A DNA stretch of 63,634 bases, counting the filler, from Octopus bimaculoides (Eukaryota), in NCBI RefSeq assembly GCF_001194135.2. It is 7 parts of 6 records of this genome, joined end to end, with 100 filler letters (N's around TTAATTAATTAA, not from the genome) between each part and the next. Parts side by side here need not be neighbours in the genome. Positions count along the whole stretch, not along the records: positions 1 to 24,281 come from NC_068986.1; positions 24,382 to 28,015 come from NC_068999.1; 5 more parts are not named here. The stretch is one strand, 5' to 3'. The notes below the pieces were generated by a model. The model was not told where the DNA came from and ran no database searches. It saw only the letters and a program-made list of their open reading frames with translations. The position numbers and the translations under genes were made by a program. This document shows, piece after piece, positions 12,701-26,089 of the stretch; the first letter of the stretch is position 1, and each line of letters begins with the position of its first letter.

Positions 12701-15664
12701 TCCCATTAAATTGAGGAGACGTTTCAACACTGTAGACATGTGCCGTTGTTGTTACACTTTCAGATCAACTTTGATCTAGAATAACCGTGATCAACGGCGT
12801 TTCAGTTATGGATATCACCCATTTTATTTTCAGACAGAGAGTCTATAAAGATTTTTAAAAATGGAAAAAAATCAATGTGCCTTTCTTCAATTTTTAAGAC
12901 GATAAGGTGGGGGTGGGGCGATTTGAAGTAAGATTTTAGCAGCTATATTTCTACCAGAGGACTACTTTTCTTATCACGTGGTTGTCAATATTGCCTTATT
13001 TCCAGCTGACAATCATTCAAATAATAAAACAAACTTTAAATTTTTAACAATTACTTCTTAAATTAACATCAAACCATGCATGCAATGATCAAAATAAGAT
13101 GTTTTTATATATTTTTACTATCGTGTAGCTTTTTAAAAAAATGAAATTACCTAACTCACAGAGGAGCTGATGATGGTGTTATGCAAACAGCTATGACAAT
13201 CTCACACAACTATTAACTTCAGTAGCAGAAACATGACACAGGGAGCTCGATCTGTTAGAAATAACAACCAAATCCCCCTCGAGTTACATCCTACCGACTT
13301 AAAGCTTAAAGCAAACATCTCATTTTCGTTTGAGGAAAAATAAAATGGAATAGTGACGTCTAGAACTCTGTTAGGTCTGCTCGATCAGAACAATGTTAGG
13401 GGCTAATCAACGACAACAACGTAATTGGTTTGTAGTGTGACAACTGATACACAACACGGCAACATAAAAGTGATTTCTGGTGTTCTCGGGAAATTTTTTC
13501 CTTAATTTTTATTAAATAAAATTCCGGCAAGGAAACATTGCCAAAATTCCTACAAAATATAATTTATTACTACATGTGTTGTGATAAATATGTGACCATG
13601 CTAGAAATAACAGCCTAATCTGTTTCCAATAAGCCCGATCAGTTTACAAAAAAAAAAAAAAAAAAAAAAAAAAGACACGGAAAGACAGTGAATAATGTTT
13701 TGAAAAAGAAATGGGATAATTACGGATAGAATGAGTTAGGTTTGCTGGATTAGGCTGACATAGGACCAGTTAGTAGAAGGTGCATTGTGGTGCGTGCAAC
13801 AGACAAAAGAGAAAGAAAAAGTAGTTTCTGCTGGTATTGAGGTCTATTTTTTAAGTTTTTGTTGAGAAGCTTATTGAATAAAGATTAGAAATACAAATTT
13901 CAAATAAAAAGTTAGAATAGCTATAATTATAGTTTTCACTCTAACCCAATACAGCAATAAAAAAGATAATTTCACTAAAAGCACGAGTGGTAGACCTAAT
14001 ATGATGCCCAGTTAACACTACCTGGTTGCCTATTACATTTTTCAGTAGCTCCGAGACTAGCGGGAGGAAGTTTTCCTCAAACCATAAGAGCTGGTCCGGA
14101 TGTTCGCGGCAGAGTGGACACCGCTAAAGACAATTCTAAGCTGGTTGCGGGCGTTAAACCAGGTGACAGGTTAAATCCGCGACTGCGACGTGCCTTTAGT
14201 GGATAGAGTTCACCTTTCTCCCTCCCGCAGGTCACTTTCTACCCGAGGTAAAGGAAATGCCAAATGTTCAAACCGTGTGTGCATCAGCTTCATCAGTTTG
14301 TAACTGTATAGCTCATAATTGAGAGGGAGGCGATATTACCTAACTTCAAATAGAACAAAAAGTAACTGAATATTGAAAAAGGAGCAGAAAGCCACTTTCT
14401 ACTTTCTTTTTACCAATCCAACAGTATATGTTTCATTAAATAAATGATAGAATAATCCATGATAGACGTGTATAGCACAAAGGGTACTCTTACGTTTTAA
14501 ACATGCAAAACATATCTACATGTTACCTTGTTTATGGAATATCTTGTACACCAACTACTCCAAATAGAATATTTTAATGACAGTTCAATAAAAAAACTGA
14601 AGCAGGTGGGACAATTCTACAAAACAGTCAGGCTTCTTGACTTAAAATCACGAAAAAAAGGATCGTCACTGCTAATTAATGAGTGTTATTATTTACATAC
14701 ATGTACATTTTATATGCACACACGATAAATAACAGTTGGATTTTCCTTCGTTTTCAGTTTTCTGTAAGCAAAGGATAGCTAGAGATAGAGATCAAGTAGA
14801 AATGTTAATGCTAAATTAAAATCAGCACCTCAGAGAGAAGAACTGTAGTCCACTTTCGTTATACAAACTCTAACAACATCTGTTAATGTTCTCCGAAGAA
14901 TAGAACTATCTCATGTAGACTATCTTCTGTCGCCCACCTGGCTCTTGGCTGCCTTTAAGCAGAGTTTGCTTTGTTGCAAATATTCAGACCAGGTTTTTTT
15001 GTTTCACGAAAAATCCCCCTTTCTGCAAAGCCTCCGGATCCTAAAAAGGATCTAGGATGCACTCCTTCTGTGTCTGATTAACAAAAAGTGTAGTCCCATG
15101 AAGAAGAGAGAAAGAAAATATTTAGTCATTCTTACTGAATTGCATTCTAAGATTTTTTTTTACTGTTGATTGTTTCATCCAGTGGACTGCCGAAGTACTT
15201 CTAAAAATATTTTTATCCCCGACGCTTCCTATAATACGAAAAACTAATATTTCGTTGTAAATGACTGCCCTTACCATGATAACAACGTGAAATATTTCAT
15301 GAGTTTTTATCAGCTGTTGCAGGGCAAGGCTTAAGGGAAATAGTCTAAGACTGCCAGGGAATGAATAAATAAAACTCAAGACTTAGATACTTAAACATTT
15401 CGAGTAATTAAAAAAACAACAATAACGTGTGTGTGTGTGTGTGTGTGTATGTATATATATATAAATATATGTGTGTATGTATATATATATANNNNNNNNN
15501 NNNNNNNNNNNNNNNNNNNNNNNNNNNNNNNNNNNNNNNNNNNNNNNNNNNNNNNNNNNNNNNNNNNNNNNNNNNNNNNNNNNNNNNNNNNAAATAAAAA
15601 CAAAAACACAAAGGATTCTGCGGTACACGTGTTTCAAGCTTCATAGTTTTATAGTTGTTACATC

Positions 15665-15708
<44 letters not shown>

Positions 15709-15749
15709 TAAAATATTAAAACATTATAAGAAGTAAAGTTAGTACTTAC

Positions 15750-17488
15750 TCATTTTCGTCGTTATCAAAGCAAATTTCCTTATCCAAGAGTTCATAATCC
15801 TTCCCGTGAACAGCGGTGCCGTCCACAGAATGGAATGGGACTTTAACAAGCCCACGAGCCCCTGATGTACGAATAATGCGAACTTCCACTTCTCCGCTTG
15901 ATTCAGTAACATACATTTCCTTTTCCTCGATTTGAAATATACCTGGATGATCATCATCCAAAATCATTACAGTGGCTAAGAAGGGATTGGCCAGTTGGGC
16001 TTTTGCTTCCGCTTGACCACTCTCAAATAATCCCTGAGAGTCGCCGACTCGAAGATTGCTTAAACGAATGTAAAAATGTTCGTCCTCTTCAAAAATGTCA
16101 TCGTCAATAATGGAAATTGGGAATTGTTTGTGAGTTTCCATAGGATAAAAGACAAGAGTACCTTCAGCGTATACATAGTCAGAACCGGCATTTGCTGTAC
16201 CATCTTCAGTCTTGTAGTCCACATAGAGGGTCTTGCTTAAGTCCCCACCTTCCCTGGTAACAGTACCATAAAATGTACCGACATTTTCCATGACAGTGTA
16301 ATGTCCAGGATCAAAGCAAACCTTTGTTATTTCATCTTCAGGTTTCTGGTCAGTTGTCGAAGAAAGCTGCATGCTAGTTTGTGTCTTAGCCTTCTTGATA
16401 ATATTACCACCACCTGTCAATTTTCTAGTAGCCTGGATTCGATAGAAAGCACGACTCTTCGGGCCCCGATTTACAGCTTCGGCTTCAGCCATGTCTTCAA
16501 GAGTTTTCATGTCCAATGTTGGATTTTTTTTTCTCATTTCACGAAGAATTTCAATGTACTCTCGACGATGCTGCTCAAATTCACGAACATCGGTTTCTTC
16601 TGAGTCAAGTCCTTTGAAAGCTACATCTTCTCCGAGGTGGTTTGCTTTGCCATCAGCATTCTCGGCATCCAAACCTTCACATTGGATTACAACTCCCTTT
16701 TGTTTGCTAGCCCGGTATTTTTTGGAAATAAATTTGTTTAATAATTTCCTATCAGCAACATATGCTGTAACCACAGTGGCTGGGAAAAAAAGGAATGTTA
16801 GTATGGCTTCCCAAACTTCAACAATTCCATAGGATATAACAGATAGAATAAAATATAGCCAGAGATAGGCGAAAACACTCCAGATGGACGTGATGAAAAA
16901 CACCGAAAGATGTTTAATACTCCTACTTTCCCCATTTGGAATGACCTCAATACAAATGGCAGTGATTATAAACAAGTTGAAAGCAGCGCTTCCAACAATT
17001 GTACTAGGTCCAAGATCTCCGGCCTTGAAGTTCTGACCACAAATTTCAATGACCGACAACATAATTTCAGGAGCCGAAGAACCGAGTGCCATCAAGGTCA
17101 GATTGGATACGGTTTCATTCCAGATTCTCACGCTGACTATCGTTGTAGTACCATCCGGCTTTTTAACGGTAACGTCTTTCTCTTTGGAAGTAATTACTTC
17201 AATGGATGCCATGAACCGATCAGCAATGATGGAAACACCAAGAAAAAGGTAGACCATGAGGACAAAATAGATGATGGCTCTGGCGATTTTATCCCCAAGA
17301 CTAAGATTACCTGTTGGCTCCCAGCGGGGAATAATAAGGCCATTTCTACAGGGATCCGAGAAAGTATTGCAGGTGTCGTTAAAATCCTGTATTGCAGATT
17401 CCGAGACGACGATACATGTCTGGAAAAAAATACCAATCAGCAACAATGGAAAAGTCCATTTCTTCGATAATAATGATAATATATCCAT
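15750..17488 (-). CDS. NCX (SLC8A): Na+/Ca2+ exchanger (SLC8/NCX family), first coding exon: signal peptide, TM1-5 with alpha-1 repeat, XIP region, CBD1 and start of CBD2
   Basis: 580-aa ORF with NCX motifs: [51 protein letters not shown] (alpha-1), [16 protein letters not shown]-like [33 protein letters not shown], Calx-beta [13 protein letters not shown] and ILDDDHPG. Start context CACCATGG. The ORF ends at a canonical donor (AAT GA|GTAAGT, intron begins at 15749), so the TAA in the ORF track is intronic. Confidence 0.97.
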
Positions 17489-19644
17489 GGTGAACGACGT
17501 GTGTTAGTTTTCGATAGTTGATTCAAGACGATAAGAAACTTTTCAATGTAAATATAATTCCTTACTTGGTAGATACTGTGAACTTTGTTTCGTTTTCTTT
17601 TAACAAAAAATCCGGGTTATCAATAAATAATTTTTTTTTTCCAAAGTTATGAAATTTCCAAGAATTCCGAAAGTGCACGTAATGATAAAAGGAAAATCTT
17701 AAATCACTTATGTAGTTAAACCCAACAATATGAACAATATATAAATATATGTATATATATTATACACTCATACACATCATATGTGTATCATCTTTTTTAT
17801 CCCCTGTTTGCATATTTCATGTGCGCGCAAGCATACGTAGGTATATATACATATATTTGTATATATACAATCACACTTTATACTACTAAACTTCTATGCA
17901 ATTAACACACACAAAAATATATGAAGATATATAAATTACATATTTACAAACACCGCGACAAAATAAATAGATAAGAGAGAGACAGAAATACAAAGTAAAA
18001 GGAAAAAAATCAACAAAGCTATCAACTATATGTATTTACACTATACACAAACATAATATATATACACACACGTACTCATACACACTAATTATCGACAACT
18101 AGAGAAAGCAAGCTTGTTTTTGTAAAAAAGGTGTGAATGCTGCTAAACATACATGTTTATAAACGTGTATGTATGCCTTACCACACGGCATCACAGAGAA
18201 CATGTGAGTCAAAGACTGACTTCTGCACAGAAAAGAGAAAGAGAAAAAGAAAGTGAGGAAAAGAGAATAAGAAAAAAAGCAGCGAGGTAGGAGGTAGAGG
18301 AGGAGTAGAAATAAGATAGATGGAGGGAGGGCATAGAACAGTAGCGAGAACGAAACAGCAACAAGCAACAGCTACACTCTACACACTCACTATTACGAGT
18401 GAGAGAATCAGAGAGGGAAAGAGTAGGAGTAAGAGCTATACTTACAATGAGAGAAAAGGGGCAAGAGATACAAACACGCACACTTAAACACACACACAAA
18501 TATTATACATACATGGGAGAGAAAGAGGTATTCGCACAGAGGGTGATTGAGAGTGAGGGAGAAAGTGGGAGAGGGGCTGTTCACATTATATAAGTGATAG
18601 ATACGAGGGAAGCTTATACACACGATTCATAGAGAGGAGATAAAGTTATACAGAATATGAGTGAGTGAGTGAGTGAGTGAGTGAGAGAGAAGTGGTAAAA
18701 CTACACTAACATACAGAGAAATAGGGAGAGAGAGAGAGTAGAGGGAAGAGCTATACTCACTGAGTGAGAGAGAGGACGAGCTATACATACACACGCTAAC
18801 GCATACAGGTGTACAAGCATAACGAACCTTACATATAAATATTTTCCGCTCAACACCTTTCGGTTTCCACTTACAAAAATGGTGTTAATATAAAGATGAA
18901 GATGGTGTAAATAAATAAATCACTCCGGTTAGCTTTTTCGTTCCTTAATATATCGAAATTGTTGCGTCGCTGGACACTGTTATAATATATGTATAATATA
19001 GTTACTTAAAAGAACAATATTATTTAATCCTTTACTTCGAAGAGGTGTTGTTTCGTTTGTTCAGCTTTAAAATTCATATATTATGTATTTTTCGTAAGTT
19101 TTGTTGTCTTTTTCGTTTTTACTAGTTGGCTTTTCAAAGTTCATTTGTTTTTTTTTTTTTCAGTTTTCTTTGACTTATGTAAAATAGAAAATATATATAT
19201 TTTCGTTAGTTAGTTATTTTTTTATTTATGAATATATTTTCAAAAACATTCCACGAGAAACGAAGATAGACAGTGAAAGAGAGAGCAATTTAGAGAAATA
19301 TATATTTTCTTAGCTATTTGCGGTTGTGGTTTGTTCTCAATGTGGTAGTGGAACTTATAATGGCATTATCTTTTCTTTCTGTGATGTTTCTGTTCTATTA
19401 TTAAGAAACGGCTGTTATTGAAAAGAGTATCATTTACTCTTTGTCACTCATCCTTGCCTTTCTATATATATATAAATATATATTGTCAGTCCGCGTTTTA
19501 TTATCTGATGCCGGCACACACTCAGTTATAATACTAACAAACAAATGCAGATATATGTATATACGCACGTAAATATACATAAATATACGCATGTAAATAA
19601 ATGTACATATGTGTGTGTGTGTGTGTATATATATATATGTGTGA

Positions 19645-19681
<37 letters not shown>

Positions 19682-20023
19682 ATATTACTGTCAGAGTGAC
19701 AATTCTTTCGTATTATGTACAATTTTATACGTATGTCTTACCAAATATTAAATTCCCCTACGACCGTTATTTTAACCGTTTCTTTCTCTACGTAGTTTGA
19801 ATTTTTTTTTATCACTTTACAATTATATATAAATATATGTCCTTCTTGGTCTTTTTTTTTTGTGTGTGTGTAGGTCTTTTTCACCCAGGAAATAGGGTGT
19901 CTGAAAAAAAAAAGTTGTTCTGTCCGTTCTCTTTTAGCACGGAGAAGCGTTTTATTGAGAGGTTTTCTCGCTCTCCACTTTCACCAATGTAGTAATATTT
20001 CCTTTCGCTTCCTCTTCATCTAA

Positions 20024-20613
20024 TTGTCTTCTTCCTTAATGCACTACTATTTCTTTCTCTTTCTCTTTCACTTTCGTTCTCTCTCACTCTCTCTCTCTGT
20101 ATTGACCTCAATACATCTTACCTACCTCATTTTCTGCCACCACTTTTCTTTCTTTCTCATCCTAGTTTCTCCTCATCTCAGTCATCGTCTTTCTTTCACT
20201 CATTCTTTTCCTCTCATTATTGATATCAATACTCACACTGTTCTTCCTCTCATTCTCTCTTTCTACATTTTCTTTCTTATTCGTTCTTTACTTTTCTCCT
20301 ATCCCTGTCTTTCTCACTCATTTCATGACCTCAATAGTATCTCTCTCTCCAGTTTCTCTTCTGTGATTATCCCCACTCTCTTTCCTATACTGATTAGCTC
20401 TCTTTTTCTCCTCTCTCTTTCTCGCGCTTTTCTACCACTGTTTTTTTCTTCTCTATCTTTAATCTATTCACTCTACTGTTCCTTATCTCATCTTTCTTTA
20501 CTGAATTCGCCCAGTTCTCTTTCTTTTTACATCTCTCTTCTGATACTCACTTTTCTGTTTCGCTTCACTTCTATCATGTGTCTGCGCTATCCATTCACTT
20601 CTCTCTCTCTCTC

Positions 20614-20709
<96 letters not shown>

Positions 20710-20720
20710 CACACACACGT
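20024..20720. repeat. CT-rich low-complexity tract ending in (CT)n(TA)n(CA)n
   Basis: Seen directly; source of the spurious 240-aa ORF. Confidence 0.9.
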
Positions 20721-21227
20721 TACTAGATCTTAATGTCTTTTTCTAACCATTTCTCTTTCACATTATCAGTGTTTCTTATTCTCGTTAATTCACTGTTTCT
20801 TTTTCCTCTCTCTTTCCCCCTCTCATTCTCTCTCTAACACACACACACACATACACATACACACTCATTGCTTCCCTGCTATGTCTCTGCTTCTCCATCT
20901 CGCTCTTGTTTGTTTCTGCTGTGCATTCTAGTTAGAGTATTTTTGGGGTTCTTTTTTCAAGAGCTTTTTCATTCTTCGTTTTTTTTTTTCAGTCGATATT
21001 GATTTATTTTTGACTGGGCACGAAGCCAGTTTTTTGAGAGGGAACGTTTATAATCGATTAATCTACAGACTTGCAGTGTATTACTGGTATCATTGCCTGT
21101 TGAAAACGAAAGGCTAAGATGACACTGGGAATAAATATGTATTTATGCTTTTCCCTCCTCTCTTCAAACAATATCCTACTTCAAATGACTAATCGTATTT
21201 TGTTTTCTGTCACTCTTATCACACACA

Positions 21228-21260
<33 letters not shown>

Positions 21261-21699
21261 GCGCGCGAAATCTCTATTTCTTTTTATTAACTTTTTTGCT
21301 TATCCAACACTGCTTGCATAGCACTACCATTATCAAAAGTAATCCTTAAAAAATGCAGTAGGGTGTAATTTGAAATATATTTAGCTGCTATTTCTTGCTA
21401 CTCGACCGATAAACTAAATGATATTCTTTTATCGGCTTTTTACAATACTTGCTGTATTGTTGAATTGCTCTGATCGAGCAGTTCTATGCTCAAAAACTTT
21501 CTTGTCGTGATAATTCCATCTTTTACTTTGCCCACAACCACATCGGCAAATGTATTCTCTTTTTTCTCAGATGACAAGAGTTTTTGAGAGCAATTTGCCT
21601 AATCTTGCAGGTTTATTGACTACGGAGAACAGTCGTGGTCACAACTGCGGCAAGCAGGGCTTTCTAAATGTCAGGCTCAACGAAATATCTTTTTTTTTC

Positions 21700-22015
21700 T
21701 TTTACTTTTTTCAATCATTTCACTGCGGCCATGCTGGAGTATCGTCTTAAAGGGTTTTAGTCGAACAAATCGACCGCAAGGACTTATTTTTTAAAGCCTG
21801 GTACTTATAATATTAGTCCGTTTTGCCGAACTACTAAGTTAAGAAGGCGTAAAAACCAACACCGGTTGTCCAACGATGGTGGTACACAAACACACATACC
21901 GCTACCAAATCCGCTCACAAAGCTTTGGTCGGCCCGAGGCTACAGTAAAAGACACTTGCCCAAGGTGTTACACAGTGGGACTGAACCCGGAACCACACAG
22001 CCACACCCTGCGCCT
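21700..22015 (-). mobile_element. SINE family A copy, internally deleted
   Basis: ctgcggccatgctggag...gctttggtcggcccgaggctac...cacttgcccaagg...gggactgaacccggaacc. Confidence 0.85.
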
Positions 22016-24281
22016 ATTATCTTGATTTTTTTTTTTTAATACTGCAATTCGCCTGATGGTGAGCCATGTCTTGCTTCTTGAAAAATGTTGTGTATGCTTG
22101 GCGTAGAAGATTGCTGCATCACTGTATGATTCCAGCGTGAGTCACTCCCACCACTTATCGGCTCTCATGAAATATAAAAGTATTCAATAGAATGACTGGG
22201 GGAAATTACCTAAGAACGGTTACTATATGAAAAGCAGACGTACACTTTTAAATCAGTCTTCAATAGATCGCATCGGTGAAGTCATGTGGCTTGGTGGTTA
22301 GGAGTGTTCGGCTCATCATCGTAAGATCGTGAATTCGGTTTCTGGACTTGGCGGCTTGTTATATGTTTAAGTAGGACCTTTCATTCATGTTTCGCTGGAT
22401 GAAGGATGGGAGAACCGAGAAAATGTCTATATCTGCTCACGACTGTATTAGGCATCTAAGAAAAATTAGCGAAAACATGAATGCCGACTGTCTAAGGGAT
22501 AATGTCAAATTTCTGCCACTCGAAGTTTTTCAAATTTTCACCATATTATTTTGGCGAAGATAAAGAATACGCACACCTGGTGTTTAGGGTTAGGATTAAG
22601 GTTAGGATTACGCCGAAAACGAGTAGTGTGCATATTCTTTACTTCCGTCAGTATTTTTTTCAGAAATGTAGTTCCGATGTAATTTAACATGTTGATGACG
22701 AAAACTGCATTTTTTTTTTTTCGTTAAAAAGAAGTTACAGGCATTTAAAATTATGTAATTTTAGCCAATTGAAGCTTCGATTGCCGAATATACCGAAAGT
22801 TGTGACTGTCCCCATGAGAACAGCACACATGTTAGAAATAGCAGCCAAATCTTCCTTAAACTACACTATAACTTCATAACTGGACGACACATGGTACCAC
22901 ATCCACATTAAAGTCAATTTCTCAGGAGATTGACGAGAAAGCAAACCCTATCCCATGAGAAACACTGCCAGCTCTTTTGTTAACATATTTCTGTTGAAAT
23001 ATATTGCTTTCGTTTCAAGTAATTTTGAAAATAGTATCTAAATTTTGTCAGTTGATTTCCCGACGTTCTCGGTAGTTTCCGGAGATTTATCAATTTTATA
23101 TATCCAGCTTCTCACGTCTAACCTACAATGTCATATATATAAATGGAACAAAAACGCAATAGAGGGCATTAAAACGTTCGTACAGGCAGACGATACAAAG
23201 GCACGTTCGGTAATCTCGAGCAGCTGGAAGACTTAACCGAACGTGTACATGCATTTATAAAATATCTTTGTCGTTTTGACCATAAATCAATATGAAATTT
23301 TGGTATTAGGTTTTAATTTAGATCACTCTAAAACAGAAAGTTGATATTACAGAATCAGACGTGGTTTCGGGTGGTTTGGTATCAAAGGGACCTAGCCATT
23401 TTAAGAAGAAAAAAAAGTAAATAAAGGAATAAGAAAGAAAAAAAAAAATATTGGATAATGTTATCAGGACGCTATGGCTATCCTCAGAATACCTCTGCTC
23501 ATGTCTTTTCAGTCAGTGCTAACAACAACGAAATTCATACTTATCGCCGCTCTAATAAGAATCAGTTGATATGAGAATATATCTCTCTACATGTCAATAT
23601 ATCGACAAGATATTGACAGTCATATATTTTTGCTAATGCAGTAAGAGTGAAGAAGAGACGAATATCAGCTCAGTTCTGTTTATTTTTAAAAATTATTTTT
23701 GTTTTTACCTGCACTGGAATACTGAGAGCTTTTGCGTTAGCAAACCTCACAGAGTGAGCACTCTTCAAGTTTAAGTCCTCAGCATGGTTCCTTTTTCCGG
23801 TGATAGCCGTTTCACCTTCATTTACATTGCTAGTTTGTAGGTGTCCATAACGAAATCCTTTCGTCAACGAATGTGTAACCTTTTTAACTCCTTTAAACGC
23901 ATAATTATTTCTTTTATAGGCACAAGGCCAGAAATTTGCGGGGAGGGGGTAAGTCGATTACAACGACCCGAGTGCGTAACTGGTACTGGATCTTGTTCAA
24001 AACGGGGACACCAGTATTTTCTTAACGAAACACTTTGAAACTTGGGACACTGGTAGAATGTGTCATATAAAACATCTTTTTCTCTTAGTCTTCTTAACAA
24101 AAAAACGTACATCGCAAGTTATTTCATGTTAAAGTTGTCGTATTTCTGTAATTTCAACCAATCACTGACATCCATTCAACCGTAAAAATTAAGTGCTGGC
24201 TACGTAAACAAACGATTCGCGGCGGTGATAAAATTATTATTTCCTTATCAAAAAATGGCTGAAGCATATTGGCAGTAGCTA

Positions 24282-24381
24282 NNNNNNNNNNNNNNNNNNN
24301 NNNNNNNNNNNNNNNNNNNNNNNNNTTAATTAATTAANNNNNNNNNNNNNNNNNNNNNNNNNNNNNNNNNNNNNNNNNNNN
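24282..24381. other. Assembly gap with artificial six-frame-stop linker (44 N + TTAATTAATTAA + 44 N)
   Basis: Same 100-bp structure with linkers at 24326, 28060, 34561, 48692, 59527 and 61860. Confidence 0.95.
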
Positions 24382-24486
24382 ACTATGATAGGAATTGTTT
24401 CTGTTTTTAGATTCCACATTCGAGTTATCTCTATTTCCAGGTGTTTGCATTTTGAAAGTTTTTCCATTTCTTTTAGAGAAACGCTG

Positions 24487-24498
24487 TCATCTGCTGGT

Positions 24499-24550
<52 letters not shown>

Positions 24551-24621
24551 CAGTGACCTGAATGAGTAATTATGATAATAATGATGATGATAATAATGAT
24601 AATAATAATAAAAACAACAAC

Positions 24622-24662
<41 letters not shown>
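24487..24662. repeat. (ATT)n / (ATA)n trinucleotide tracts
   Basis: Seen directly. Confidence 0.95.
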
Positions 24663-24663
<1 letters not shown>

Positions 24664-26089
24664 GTCGAAAAATGCGTTGGGAATGACAACCCTCCCCAAG
24701 ACACCTCATGAATGATGGAGGGTATATCAGCCGAAAGCAAAGATTAGGACAAATACCCGTCAAATGTAAGTAAATGAAAATAGTGTACTTAATTCCTCAT
24801 CTCTTAAATGTAGAACTATATAAGATTTATCTTTAACCTAATATAACAACAACTATAATTTTAACTGAACGTCAGATGATCAATTCCGATAAACATAGTC
24901 GTGGTATTTCCTCGGAACATTTTGAATTAGAAGCAACATAATAGTATTGTGTGTCACTCAACCTTCTACTCCTTCATATACTTTCACTGAGATTGCTGGT
25001 GAGAAATTGAAGCATAATTCGTTTATAACATTGCTATGCCAATATTTGAAATATTCCACTGTGGACTATGGAAGAATTATTATGAAACATATATTTTCGC
25101 TGTCTCTAAATCTCATAGTAGGATGCATCATTGGCGATATCAATGTTATATTTTCGCGGGTACATTCTAGCAGCGTTTCGAAGAAAAAATCCTTTTAAAC
25201 ATTTACTTTAGCAAAAATATTTCCACCTTAGCACCATGATCTGAAATAATTTCATATTCTTGAATTTGAAAATTCTTATTTTTAACACAAACCAAATTCA
25301 GACTACGAGAGCTGTGATCAAAAATATTACAAAATTAAATTTACTTGAAGTAGATTTTGCTAGCTAAAATCTCTAAATGCAATATATATGCTACTGTGAT
25401 TTGGAGTTAAAGTCTTATATGAATTGACATTTTCAAATACGTTACGAATAAATTCTTTCACACAATTTATATAGGTAAGTGTGTAGAGTGCAAATTACAA
25501 TGTTGCACATGGGAAATAGAAATGTTGCGATAACTGCACTTAGTTCGCCAGGGAGAGTGCCATCTGTATGACGACGTGATGTTTTCGACCAGAATACATG
25601 TAATTCGTGAGGTCCCTACGTTCGGCTGTTTTGGAGACCCAGAGAAGCAACAAAATTTGCGTTCTCCTTATCGTAGTTGATTTTAATGGCTAACGATCCC
25701 ATAAGAATTGCACGCAGGATTGTGCTGCCTTTGTAGATGTAGACAGTTAGTGCATTCCCTTACAAACATGCTTAAGCAAAACATAAACGATAGTTATACT
25801 TGGTTGCACGATGACAGTTCGGAAACTAGATGTCATAAATCAAAGGTCAATGACTAAATTTGCATTGCTCCTTCGATGTACTAACTACTCGCCCGTCCCT
25901 TTCACAAATAGTTTTTGGAGGTTTTGGATTTTGATGTTTCATTTCATTTCTGAAATGGCATACTGAGATTTGAAAGCAAGATATGGGGTTGTTTAAGGAA
26001 ATAACTGAAAACAACAAACGTCTTCAAAACAACTAAGCAAAACATAATTATGACATGTAAAACATTCATTAGTCTAAATGACAATGAGG

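Noticed and set aside
15746-15748. Stop codon suggesting a complete 580-aa NCX or a pseudogene
   Set aside because: The TAA is part of the GTAAGT donor; the protein continues in downstream exons.
16301-17507. Plus-strand and alternative-frame ORFs overlapping NCX (e.g. 16910-17470, 186 aa)
   Set aside because: Antisense or shifted shadows of the NCX exon with no recognisable motifs.
20024-20746. 240-aa hydrophobic ORF resembling a membrane protein
   Set aside because: Product of a CT-rich low-complexity tract (S/L/F codons) and (TA)n.
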